Below, one piece after another: positions 27,344-35,956 of a stretch of DNA of 64,000 nt. This stretch comes from Candidatus Heimdallarchaeota archaeon. GTDB lineage: Archaea > Asgardarchaeota > Heimdallarchaeia > Heimdallarchaeales > Heimdallarchaeaceae. The DNA lies in the NCBI GenBank assembly GCA_019057375.1, contig DXJF01000097.1, positions 22,313 through 86,312 of the forward strand, read 5' to 3'. The translations under genes and the position numbers were made by a program. The notes beneath the pieces were generated by a model. That model had not been told where the DNA came from. It did no database searches and saw only the letters and a program-made list of their open reading frames with translations. Position 1 is the first letter of the stretch, and every line of letters starts with the position of its first letter.

Positions 27344-29269
27344 ATGAATTCTGTGCTTGTAAAAGATCTCGAAGAAGAAAAGGAAGTTCAAAAAACCTAT
27401 TCCTTAGTTCTTAGATTTCAAAATCTAGCACAAAGAAAAGAAGCTAACCATCGAGTCAGCGATTTAGAAGATAAACAATCACTATTACTATATGATACTT
27501 CTACTCAAAAAATTGCAAGAGATTTAGCTCGCGAAAATCCAAATGTTTCATTTCCTATTTCTAAAATCCAAAAATCTTCGAGGAGCAGTTCAAATATCTC
27601 TTTCAGTGCTTATAATTGGTTGTTTGCAGCATCAAAAGTGTCTGTTGATAAGGAAAAGAAAGTAGCTGATTTATTCCAGTTTCTGTTACAAAATCCACAG
27701 CAAGCAATTGAATGGGTGATTCTTGGACGTTCTCCCTATACTGAAATTTCTCTTTCGAAGAAATGGAGAGTAGATTATGTATATGTTATAAATCTCTTGA
27801 CAAGTACTAGACGAAAAACTAACACTTATTGGAAAAAGAATTTTACTATGAGCTTTAAAGAAAAGCAACTAGAGTTCAATTCAAAGCTTCCAAAGACAAC
27901 ACAATTTGAAGTTGAACAAGCAATACAAGACTGCTATGAAGTAAAGGTAGAAGAGTATGCAAAATTGAAGAAAACTACTGAAAAACAATATACTTTTCTT
28001 GATAAATTAGCTTTGGTAGTGAAACATAAGTATGTTATAGCTCCATATGTAACTTCTTGGATTAATCTTTCTCAAAAAGCTCGGTGGAAAAGCTTAAAGC
28101 AACTGAGTAAACAACTTGCTGAAACGATTGGTCAAATCAATGAAAAACTCCATTCTACAATAAGATTGATAGTAGTTTTTGCACTCTTCTCAAAACTGTG
28201 GGGGACTGTATCTAAATTAATTGATTCAACTAATCCAGAAGAAGTTGTAAGTTCTCCGTTTGAAAGAAAAAAAGCGAATTTACCAATTAAAATGTTAATG
28301 AAACATGAATATGACATAATTCGACCTGGTAACTCTCAAAAGATGACACAACTTGCTAAAGAACAAGGATGCTTTGAACTTGGATTTCCATGTAAAGGAA
28401 AAAAAAGAATAACAGGTAATCTTCTGTTTACAGAAAAAATTATCGAATATCTGAAAAATGGTGCTAGTGTAAGAATCTTACAAATTAAAAGTGGAAAAGC
28501 TCCTAACTACAAACCCAAGATTTCAGTTGTTCTTCATGGTACTCCTAGCATGTTTGTGAGCACCAAACTAGCACAAAAATATGCTAACAGTATGAATCTC
28601 ACTGCTGCTAATATCTTAGGGCTAGATGTCAATAGAGTAGGAAAACACATGTTGTCGTTCTCTAATGAAGTTCCATTGGATTCTAGATTGAGATCTTTAT
28701 CAAACCATTACCTCTCCTTAACAAGAAAAGAAATTCCAAGATTGAGTAACTCACTAAAAACTAAAGGTAAGCAAAAAGATAGTTATGGTTATATTAAAAC
28801 AAAGGGTGAGCTAAATAGGATATATAACAAAAGAACTAATATAATTAAGGAAATTAAGAGAATAATACCACATTACATTGCGGGAGTTATTATCAAGAGT
28901 AAGTGTAAATTTTTTTGTATAGAAGAGTTTCGTAAGAATCCAAGAGGGAAAAGAGGTGCATTAGCAAAAGCAATATACAACATGCCTTACGAAGACAATA
29001 TTTTTGAAAAAGCAGTCCAGATTGCGACTCACATTCTTAGTTATAAAGTGAAACTTGTATATGTAAGTGCTCGTAACACAAGTAAATATCATTATAGTTG
29101 TAGAGGTGTGATTCAAAGAGATCTTAAAAATTATGATTATGCTCTCTGTAAAAAATGTGGTGAACGAGTAAATACACATATTAATGCTGCTAAAAACATT
29201 GCGAAGAAAGGAGAAACAATAATAAAGCAAATCAAGCTTCCCCTAGACGCCGCTAAGGGGACGGGGTAA
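27344..29269 (+). CDS. tnpB: Large TnpB/Cas12-like RuvC + Zn-ribbon protein (~641 aa from ATG 27344; track start 27311)
   Basis: RuvC-I ILGLDVN, RuvC-II FCIEE, SARNTSK, HxxC...CxxC ribbon, NTHINAAKNI terminal motif. Confidence 0.85.
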   Translation: MNSVLVKDLEEEKEVQKTYSLVLRFQNLAQRKEANHRVSDLEDKQSLLLYDTSTQKIARDLARENPNVSFPISKIQKSSRSSSNISFSAYNWLFAASKVSVDKEKKVADLFQFLLQNPQQAIEWVILGRSPYTEISLSKKWRVDYVYVINLLTSTRRKTNTYWKKNFTMSFKEKQLEFNSKLPKTTQFEVEQAIQDCYEVKVEEYAKLKKTTEKQYTFLDKLALVVKHKYVIAPYVTSWINLSQKARWKSLKQLSKQLAETIGQINEKLHSTIRLIVVFALFSKLWGTVSKLIDSTNPEEVVSSPFERKKANLPIKMLMKHEYDIIRPGNSQKMTQLAKEQGCFELGFPCKGKKRITGNLLFTEKIIEYLKNGASVRILQIKSGKAPNYKPKISVVLHGTPSMFVSTKLAQKYANSMNLTAANILGLDVNRVGKHMLSFSNEVPLDSRLRSLSNHYLSLTRKEIPRLSNSLKTKGKQKDSYGYIKTKGELNRIYNKRTNIIKEIKRIIPHYIAGVIIKSKCKFFCIEEFRKNPRGKRGALAKAIYNMPYEDNIFEKAVQIATHILSYKVKLVYVSARNTSKYHYSCRGVIQRDLKNYDYALCKKCGERVNTHINAAKNIAKKGETIIKQIKLPLDAAKGTG

Positions 29270-29334
29270 ATAAACCCCTCAAGTAAACCTAAAGTTTCTA
29301 CGAGAACCTAGTAAACTTCATTACGTGCGTGGAA
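29232..29334 (+). ncRNA. Putative omega-RNA scaffold / right end of the element
   Basis: Hairpins CCCCT(29240-44)/AGGGG(29256-60), GGGGT(29263-67)/ACCCC(29274-78) and GTTTCT/AGAAC, overlapping the tnpB 3' end; 5' boundary approximate. Confidence 0.55.
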
Positions 29335-29347
29335 CGGATGACTTATT
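29335..29347 (-). pseudogene. Remainder of tRNA-Leu fragment copy 1 (anticodon 3' strand + intron 3' end)
   Basis: CGGATGACTTATT vs CGGATGGCTCATC in the intact gene (10/13). Confidence 0.65.
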
Positions 29348-29398
29348 ATTTTAATAAATAATAGTTAGCTTAGATAAGAAAAATAGATTTGAAAAAAT

Positions 29399-29502
29399 TG
29401 GTGCGGAGAGGGAGATTCGAACTCCCGAACTACAAAGGAACGGATTTCTTATCTATTCTCTAACCCTTATCTTAGGTTTAAAACTAAGATCTTAAGTCCA
29501 CC
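29399..29502 (-). pseudogene. tRNA-Leu(TAA) partial copy 2 (anticodon arm + full intron + 3' exon + CCA; lacks 5' acceptor strand and D-arm); att-like repeat
   Basis: Collinear with 31861-31963 including TCTTAAGTCC; homology stops at about tRNA position 27. Confidence 0.92.
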
Positions 29503-29548
29503 TTGAAACATAAAAGTATTAAAGGTTTAAAAGACAAAATAGGATTAA

Positions 29549-30427
29549 ATGTCTAGTAAAAATTGGGACACTGTAATAGAGTTACTAGAAACAATCACGC
29601 CCTCATATTACTTAGAAAAGGAGCTTAAAGCTACATTCAAATCTAATCTCCAATATAGAATAGGAAAATACTCTGAGAATTGTCGATATTTCTTTCAGGA
29701 AGGTTTCGAAAAAAAATATTCAAATATTATTCCATCAGCAATAATTGTACCAAGGAAGTCAGGAACTAATATAAGCAAAATCGCAAATGAAGCTGTTATA
29801 TATTTTAAACAAAGCTTGGAATTGTTTAAAACATTGGATAACGTTGAAGAAAATGTGAGTCCATTATTGGAATATTATGGATTATTACAATGTGTTAAGG
29901 GAGTAGTAATTTTAGAATTAGATGTGAAAAGTGACAAGATATTTAGTAAGCATGGTTTAACTCAAGAAACAAGATTTCATTCAAAAATAGATGAACCAAA
30001 ATCAACAAAAAAATATAAACTAAAAATGATTAAGAGAATTAAGCCATCAAAATATATCAACGCTAAAATTATGCCTTATGGTGTTTTAACATCTTTAATC
30101 ATTCGTTTCACAGATCATTATGATGAACTTTATTCTGACAGAGACATATACAAAATAAGTAAGCATTCTATGGATAAATACGTAACAGGATACTATAGAC
30201 CTTCATTAGAAGAAATAACAACCAATCATCATGTAGATCCAATAATTGCTTTCATAGGTTCTTGGATGTTATCAACATTGGTAAGATATAAAGCAAAAAT
30301 GTGGCAAGAAATATGTTTGGGAGAAAAAGATGACATAATAAATAATATTAGAAAATTTAGGAGGGAAAAAATACCTAAAGCAGTAGAAACTATGCTAATG
30401 GATTATGTAAGAAAGAGCTCTTGGTAA
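29549..30427 (+). CDS. YaaC-like family protein
   Basis: YFKQS.E.F...PLLEYYG.L...HGL and MLSTLVRY....W.....GE motifs resemble YaaC. Confidence 0.6.
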   Translation: MSSKNWDTVIELLETITPSYYLEKELKATFKSNLQYRIGKYSENCRYFFQEGFEKKYSNIIPSAIIVPRKSGTNISKIANEAVIYFKQSLELFKTLDNVEENVSPLLEYYGLLQCVKGVVILELDVKSDKIFSKHGLTQETRFHSKIDEPKSTKKYKLKMIKRIKPSKYINAKIMPYGVLTSLIIRFTDHYDELYSDRDIYKISKHSMDKYVTGYYRPSLEEITTNHHVDPIIAFIGSWMLSTLVRYKAKMWQEICLGEKDDIINNIRKFRREKIPKAVETMLMDYVRKSSW

Positions 30428-30509
30428 CAGCTTAAAGAGTATTCATAAGTACTACAAAAGCTTAAAAAATAATGAATGAAAAAGGAAGGAGAGAAAGGAG
30501 GGGAGACAA

Positions 30510-31853
30510 GTGCAAGAGGATAATAGCGAAAATTTAGCTGAGCCAATAGGAATTAAAGAATTAGGAAAGAGAATAATTCTTCTCCCTTATCACATTATAA
30601 GGCTCATAGTAAATAATGTTTTACTATTTATTTTAGGAAGTATAGAAAATGGAGTAATAATTGTAAGAGCAAAAAAAAGTATCAAGATTGAAGAAGGAAT
30701 AAAAAAACTCATACAGGAAAACGAATGTATTCTAAGAAAAAGTATCTACTTAAAGAAAAACGATAGTATAGACGAGATTAAACCAGAAGAGGAAGAAGAG
30801 CAAGAAGTAAAACGAATAAATGTTTTGAATAGAATAATGGCTATAGTAGTAATTTCAATAGTTTGGTCGTTTCAAATTGTGTTGAGAGTCATAGTTTGGA
30901 TATTTATCTTGATTAATTGTTTAACCATTAGAAAGAAAGTAGGTTTAAAGGAGTGGGAAGAGAATAATTTGGGATATTACAGAGAAACCATAAAATATCT
31001 TACAGGTATTAGTGAAGAAATACCTTTTTGGAAAGAATTAGGTGGTTGGGGCGAAGGTTTATTATTTATATTAGTATTTGATTTGGTTGTTATTAGGAAT
31101 GGATTCTTAAGATTGTGTAGGATAATTCTTGGAGATACTTACAGTTATTATTTGATTATTTCGTTAGTATATATCATAATTTTCGTAATTCTTATACCAA
31201 AATATCTGAAGTTTCCAAGTAAAAGTGGGGAAAGGAAAACTAAGCAAATAGTAAGAAGAATAGGAGTAAAAAAACCAAAAAGTATAGCAAGGACTCTCTT
31301 AATTGTGATTCTACTATTAGCAATTAAATTAGGAATTATTTATGGAATATCCTTGCTAATAGATTATAATGTAGAAAATTTTATTTTCCCAGTAAATACA
31401 GGTTATATAATTGCAGTAAGTATGAGTGCAGGTATTGCTGAAGAAATAATATACAGGGGATATGTAATAGAAGTAACAAAAAGAAAATATGGAACTTTAG
31501 TAACTATGATAATTTCAGGGTGTCTTTTTGGACTTGCACATTTTGCGCTTAATCCATCCATTTATAGTTTTGTTCAGATGTTGTTCGTAACCTTTATAGG
31601 AATAACATATGCGTATTTCAGAATTCTATCAGATTCATTGATAGGACCAATAGTCATGCACACAATATATGACATAATTGTACTATCAGTAGTATATACA
31701 ACAGAAAAAATACCTGATTATGTCGTGTATTTGATAGCAATTACATTGAGTATTATAATAACAATAATTTCAATTAATTTGCTGAAACTAATATACAAAG
31801 ACAAAGAACTATTGATATTTAAGAAAAGAGGGAAAGAACAGAAGGAAGGATAA
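30510..31853 (+). CDS. CPBP (Abi/CAAX-type) intramembrane glutamic endopeptidase with long N-terminal extension
   Basis: EEIIYRG, FGLAH and H-x-x-x-D (MHTIYD) motifs; multiple TM helices. Confidence 0.9.
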   Translation: MQEDNSENLAEPIGIKELGKRIILLPYHIIRLIVNNVLLFILGSIENGVIIVRAKKSIKIEEGIKKLIQENECILRKSIYLKKNDSIDEIKPEEEEEQEVKRINVLNRIMAIVVISIVWSFQIVLRVIVWIFILINCLTIRKKVGLKEWEENNLGYYRETIKYLTGISEEIPFWKELGGWGEGLLFILVFDLVVIRNGFLRLCRIILGDTYSYYLIISLVYIIIFVILIPKYLKFPSKSGERKTKQIVRRIGVKKPKSIARTLLIVILLLAIKLGIIYGISLLIDYNVENFIFPVNTGYIIAVSMSAGIAEEIIYRGYVIEVTKRKYGTLVTMIISGCLFGLAHFALNPSIYSFVQMLFVTFIGITYAYFRILSDSLIGPIVMHTIYDIIVLSVVYTTEKIPDYVVYLIAITLSIIITIISINLLKLIYKDKELLIFKKRGKEQKEG

Positions 31854-31860
31854 AGGAAAA

Positions 31861-31989
31861 TGGTGCGGGGAGGGAGATTCGAACTCCCGAACTACTAAAG
31901 AACGGATGGCTCATCTGACTTCTAACCCTTATCTTAGGCATAAACCAAGATCTTAAGTCCGCCGCCGTTGGCCACTTGGCTATCCCCGC
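31861..31989 (-). tRNA. tRNA-Leu(TAA) with 44-nt intron at 37/38 (31908-31951), CCA encoded
   Basis: GCGGGGA/TCCCCGC acceptor, GCGGA-CTTAAG[intron]A-TCCGT, GTTCGAAT T-loop; BHB central helix CTTA/TGAG. Confidence 0.96.
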
Positions 31990-32073
31990 CAACAAAGTCT
32001 CAATGTTTGACTATTATAATGAATTTCATTCTTCTTTTAAGATTTTTCATCTTGATTTGAAATTGATTGAAGA

Positions 32074-33387
32074 TCATGGATGGAGTCTTGTTGGATCTCT
32101 TGGTAGTAATCTCGCTTCTCTAATATTAGGTAAATCAAGGATCTTTTGCACAAATCTTTCAATTCCTGTACCACTTCCTCCATGTGGAGGTGCTCCATTT
32201 CTAAAGAACTGCAGATAACTGTCAACCTCTTCAAGCTTGAAATCCTTTTCAACAGCTTGCTTGGCTAAAATATCTACTCTGTGTTCTCTTTGTCCTCCAG
32301 TGGTTAATTCTTGTCCTTTGAATAAGAGATCAAAAGATTTTGTCAATCTTGGATCTTCATCATCCTTCATAGTATAGAATGGTCTAATTTTCCAAGGATA
32401 TTGGTCTACGAATACAAAGTCTGAATTCCATTTCTCTTTTGCATACCTACCAATTATTCCCTCTGCTTCAGCGTCTAAATCTTCATAGAGGTCTAGTTCT
32501 TTTCCTTCACTTGCTAAAACTTCATTACATTCAGGAATTGTAATTATTGGCCATTCTTTGGGTTGATCATCAATTTGAACTCCCAATACTTCAAGAGAAT
32601 TAGCTCTAGATGTTTTTATTGTTTTGAGAGCAAAACCAATTGCGCCTTGTATTACTTTCATGACATCTTTTTGATCATTAATGTATGAAATCTCAAAATC
32701 TATAGAAGTATATTCGCATAAATGACGATTAGTGTGGTGTTTCTCAGCTCTAAAAACAGGCCCTATTTCAAAAACTCTTTCAAATCCTGCCATTAACATC
32801 ATTTGTTTATAGAATTGAGGGGATTGTGCTAAGTATGCTTTTTTATCAAAATAATTTATTTCAAAAACACTAGCGCCACTTTCTGTTGCTGAACCAACAA
32901 TTTTAGCTGAAAAGAACTGTAAGAAGTCGTTATCTCTAAAATATTGTTGAATTGCATAAGCAGCAGTACTCTCAATTTCGAAAATGTGAGCAATCTTTTT
33001 ATCTCTTAAATCTAGAAACCTATAATCGTATCTCTTATCAGGATTTGTTTCAATCTTATCACCAACTGAAATTGGATATTCTTGAGCTCTTTTATTGATA
33101 ATTTCAATCTCAGACGGAAGGATTTCCTTTCCATTTGGGGCACTTTCATTGGTTACGACATTTCCAGTAACTGCAATTATATCTCCTTCTTGAAAATCTA
33201 AAGCAAATATCTCTTCAGATACTTTCTTTTTGGGTAAAACTATTTGTACAATCCCTGTTCTATCTTGTAATTGAATGAATCGTAATCCTCCAAGATTGCG
33301 AACTTGTTGAACCCATCCTGCAATCGATATCTTTTCACCTGTTGTAGAAAAAACCTTCTCAATAGGATTTCTTTGACTAAAGTCCAT
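32074..33387 (-). CDS. aspS: Aspartyl-tRNA synthetase, probably non-discriminating Asp/Asn type
   Basis: YLAQSPQFYKQ, FRAE, GAPPHGG.G.G.ER; Q and P at the positions that are W and K in discriminating archaeal enzymes (WVQQ, SAPNG). Confidence 0.93.
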   Translation of the reverse strand: MDFSQRNPIEKVFSTTGEKISIAGWVQQVRNLGGLRFIQLQDRTGIVQIVLPKKKVSEEIFALDFQEGDIIAVTGNVVTNESAPNGKEILPSEIEIINKRAQEYPISVGDKIETNPDKRYDYRFLDLRDKKIAHIFEIESTAAYAIQQYFRDNDFLQFFSAKIVGSATESGASVFEINYFDKKAYLAQSPQFYKQMMLMAGFERVFEIGPVFRAEKHHTNRHLCEYTSIDFEISYINDQKDVMKVIQGAIGFALKTIKTSRANSLEVLGVQIDDQPKEWPIITIPECNEVLASEGKELDLYEDLDAEAEGIIGRYAKEKWNSDFVFVDQYPWKIRPFYTMKDDEDPRLTKSFDLLFKGQELTTGGQREHRVDILAKQAVEKDFKLEEVDSYLQFFRNGAPPHGGSGTGIERFVQKILDLPNIREARLLPRDPTRLHP

Positions 33388-33532
33388 GTTACAGTCCTCA
33401 GTTTATTTGTTTGCACCTTTGAAAGTTTATTAAAAAAGATTCTCTTCTTTGTTGTATAAAAATGTGAAAAAAATGACTTTCTGAGAAAAAACGTTATTTA
33501 GCTATTATCCTAATAACTTTGTAGCGATACTA

Positions 33533-34222
33533 ATGAAGAAGATTGTACTAAAGTTTGGTGGTTCTGTTTTATACAAAGAAGAAATGGTTCTAAATGTTGA
33601 GAGAATAAAGGAAATTGTTGAAACCATTAACACCCTCCATGATGCAGGGCATAAAGTTGCTGTGGTTGTTGGAGGAGGAAAATTAGCGAGAGTTATCATT
33701 CAAGCAAGCGATGTCCTTGGACATGTATCTACTTTCAAAGACATTCTTGCAGTGGAATCAACTCGAATTCATGCTTTGCTAGTAATTGCTTCACTCCAAA
33801 ATAAAGCATATTTGCTTGTTCCTCGTTCATTCGAAGAAATTGGTAAAGCACTCTCGACTGGAAAGATTGTTGTTACTGGAGGTCTTCAACCAGGGCAATC
33901 TACAAATGCTGTTGCAGCTCTTGTAGCAGAATACTGGGGCGCTGATTTACTGATAAATTTGACAAATGTAGATAAGGTCTATGATAAAGATCCCAACCTG
34001 TTTGAAGATGCTAAACCTTTAGATGAACTTTCAGCGGATGAACTGTTGGAGATTATATCAAAACAAGATGAAGAACCAGGTAAATATGCCCTCTTTGACA
34101 GAGTAGGATGTGAAATAGTGAAAAGATCCAATTTAAGACTAATATTTACAAATGGTTCTGATCCTAAGAACATTTTGAGAATTGTTGATGGAGAAAATAT
34201 TGGAACTGTAGTTAATGGATAA
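33533..34222 (+). CDS. pyrH: UMP kinase
   Basis: KFGGS, VVGGGK, GGLQPGQST, YDKDP. Confidence 0.95.
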   Translation: MKKIVLKFGGSVLYKEEMVLNVERIKEIVETINTLHDAGHKVAVVVGGGKLARVIIQASDVLGHVSTFKDILAVESTRIHALLVIASLQNKAYLLVPRSFEEIGKALSTGKIVVTGGLQPGQSTNAVAALVAEYWGADLLINLTNVDKVYDKDPNLFEDAKPLDELSADELLEIISKQDEEPGKYALFDRVGCEIVKRSNLRLIFTNGSDPKNILRIVDGENIGTVVNG

Positions 34223-34237
34223 GTCTTTCTTTTTTTT

Positions 34238-35509
34238 CTAATAACTATCATATGTTTTGTATCGGAGAATTGCTGCTATCCCACCAAATGCATTGTATAA
34301 CATAGCCCCATCCTCATGATCGGATGAAATGACCTCTAGTGTGGCACCAGTATTCTCGGCTTTTTCATTCAATTCAGTTATTAAATCACTTTCACTTTCA
34401 ATATACAATTTGGAATTTCCGCAATCAGGACATTTTTTATCAGATAATTTTTTTACGAAATCATTGTAATCTTTGCTTTTTACCGACTCAATGGTTGAGT
34501 AATCACACCCATCACATCTAATTTCCATATTAATTCTATCTACATCCTCACTTACTAAAACAATATCAACAGCTGCTTTTTCTAATGCTTCCAAAACTTC
34601 CTTTTCTCCATAAGTAACTAGTCCTGTGTCTTTTCCCAAATGTTCCATGAATTTTTGTGTGAGTTGGCGCTCCTTAACTAACTCAAAATCAGACAATTTA
34701 TCTGCAGCTTTATCTAGAAGTTCTCGAATCCCTACTGAGCCCAAATATCCAATATCATAGATTCCTATGACTTTTTCAAGCAATCGATAATCAATTTCCT
34801 TACTTTCCAAAAATTCTGCTTTTGATAAAGCTGGACCACCAACAACTATTGCTTCAACAGGATAATCTTCAAGATAAACAGTATTCATGATATCTGCAAT
34901 TTTGCCATACCATCTTTGAGCCGCTTCTTCAGTTAATCTTTGAAAACGAGCTTGAGACTGACCACCCATTTTATGTTTACCAGGAACATTAGATTCTTCT
35001 TCACGAATTATATCTAATCGGGAGCCTTGAACAGTTGCTAGTGTTGCTCCTCCTCGAGCAATTAATGCTAACCCATACCTTTGTTTGCTTTCTAACATCT
35101 CTTTAAGATGATCAATATGAAATACATAATCACAGAGATAGAGCTTAATTCCTACGGGATCTGGAGGGCTAATTAGGAAAAACTCCACCTTATTGTTTTG
35201 AGTAATTCCACAGAAGATAACAAGACCATTTACTCCAGAATCAGGAATAGTTTTTATCCTAGACATGATAGAGGAAAGCGCAGATTGGACAGCTTTTCCA
35301 GTGCTTTTGTCTTTAATATTTGTTGCAGTTCCGTATTCATCACGCAACTGGGCATTAACATCAGATAACCTAGTACCGGGAGGAATATATAGGGTAACTA
35401 AACTTGTAGACATGTTAAAACTTTTTTTGGACTCTAATTTGTCTATTTCATGTTTTAACATATAACGTTCTACTGATGTTCTTTTCTTTTCTTCCTGTTT
35501 CTTTGTCAT
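34238..35509 (-). CDS. prf1: Peptide chain release factor aRF1
   Basis: TNIKD, YLCD, GGQSQARF, GGIAAILRY. Confidence 0.97.
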   Translation of the reverse strand: MTKKQEEKKRTSVERYMLKHEIDKLESKKSFNMSTSLVTLYIPPGTRLSDVNAQLRDEYGTATNIKDKSTGKAVQSALSSIMSRIKTIPDSGVNGLVIFCGITQNNKVEFFLISPPDPVGIKLYLCDYVFHIDHLKEMLESKQRYGLALIARGGATLATVQGSRLDIIREEESNVPGKHKMGGQSQARFQRLTEEAAQRWYGKIADIMNTVYLEDYPVEAIVVGGPALSKAEFLESKEIDYRLLEKVIGIYDIGYLGSVGIRELLDKAADKLSDFELVKERQLTQKFMEHLGKDTGLVTYGEKEVLEALEKAAVDIVLVSEDVDRINMEIRCDGCDYSTIESVKSKDYNDFVKKLSDKKCPDCGNSKLYIESESDLITELNEKAENTGATLEVISSDHEDGAMLYNAFGGIAAILRYKTYDSY

Positions 35510-35675
35510 GGTATCTCCTCGGAGTAAGGTAAACTAAAGAACTATGCTTCAGTATAGCACTTTAGACAAAATTTCAAGATTTGTTATTATCTTTTTGGTT
35601 ATGAGTCTTTAGAAATGATGAGAAATAATAGGGAAATATTTTTAGAAAGAACAAATAGTTAACATTCTGATAATA

Positions 35676-35930
35676 ATGGTAGAGAAACAACAGATAGAAA
35701 TTGATTTATTAGATATTTTTGTTTCGCTAAATAGGGGTTTGAATCTCTCAGATGTAATGTTTCAGCTAAATAATCTTTATGCTCCTAAAGGAGAAAGTGT
35801 GGAGCAAGAAGTGCTCATGGAAGTTTTAAATTCATTAACAGAAAAAGATTATTTGAAGAATTTTCAGGTGGGAGCATTAGATAGTTGGAAAATCACTGAT
35901 GAAGGAGAAGATTATTTCTATAATCTCTAA
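35676..35930 (+). CDS. Small winged-helix-like hypothetical protein
   Basis: Helix-helix-L..L...YL...W.IT..G pattern; 84 aa. Confidence 0.45.
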   Translation: MVEKQQIEIDLLDIFVSLNRGLNLSDVMFQLNNLYAPKGESVEQEVLMEVLNSLTEKDYLKNFQVGALDSWKITDEGEDYFYNL

Positions 35931-35956
35931 TTGTAAATAAGTAAGAGAAGAGTAGA

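Larger units (their letters stand above)
27296..29334 (+). mobile_element. Non-autonomous IS200/IS605/IS607-like tnpB-only element inserted in the tRNA-Leu fragment
   Basis: GGAA at 27292-27295 and 29331-29334; removing the element restores ...CTAAGGAA-CGGATGACTTAT, matching the tRNA gene; no TIRs, no transposase gene. Confidence 0.8.
29503..31860. mobile_element. Small tRNA-anchored island (no integrase) between att-like tRNA-Leu repeats
   Basis: Bounded by direct repeats of the tRNA-Leu 3' part; two cargo genes; very A-rich plus strand. Confidence 0.65.

Noticed and set aside
27182-27391. 69-aa ORF over the tRNA fragment; similar ORFs at 31976-32218 and 62458-62679
   Set aside because: They overlap tRNA sequences or real genes and have no protein-like features.
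29399-29502. Copy 2 as half of a split (trans-spliced) tRNA
   Set aside because: It contains the whole intron and both sides of the anticodon, unlike split halves, and no complementary 5' half was seen in the window.
27254-31989. CRISPR array or type V-K CAST interpretation of the repeats plus Cas12-sized protein
   Set aside because: The repeats are tRNA-derived and irregularly spaced, there are no cas1/cas2/tnsB/tnsC/tniQ genes, and the protein motifs are not Cas12k-like.
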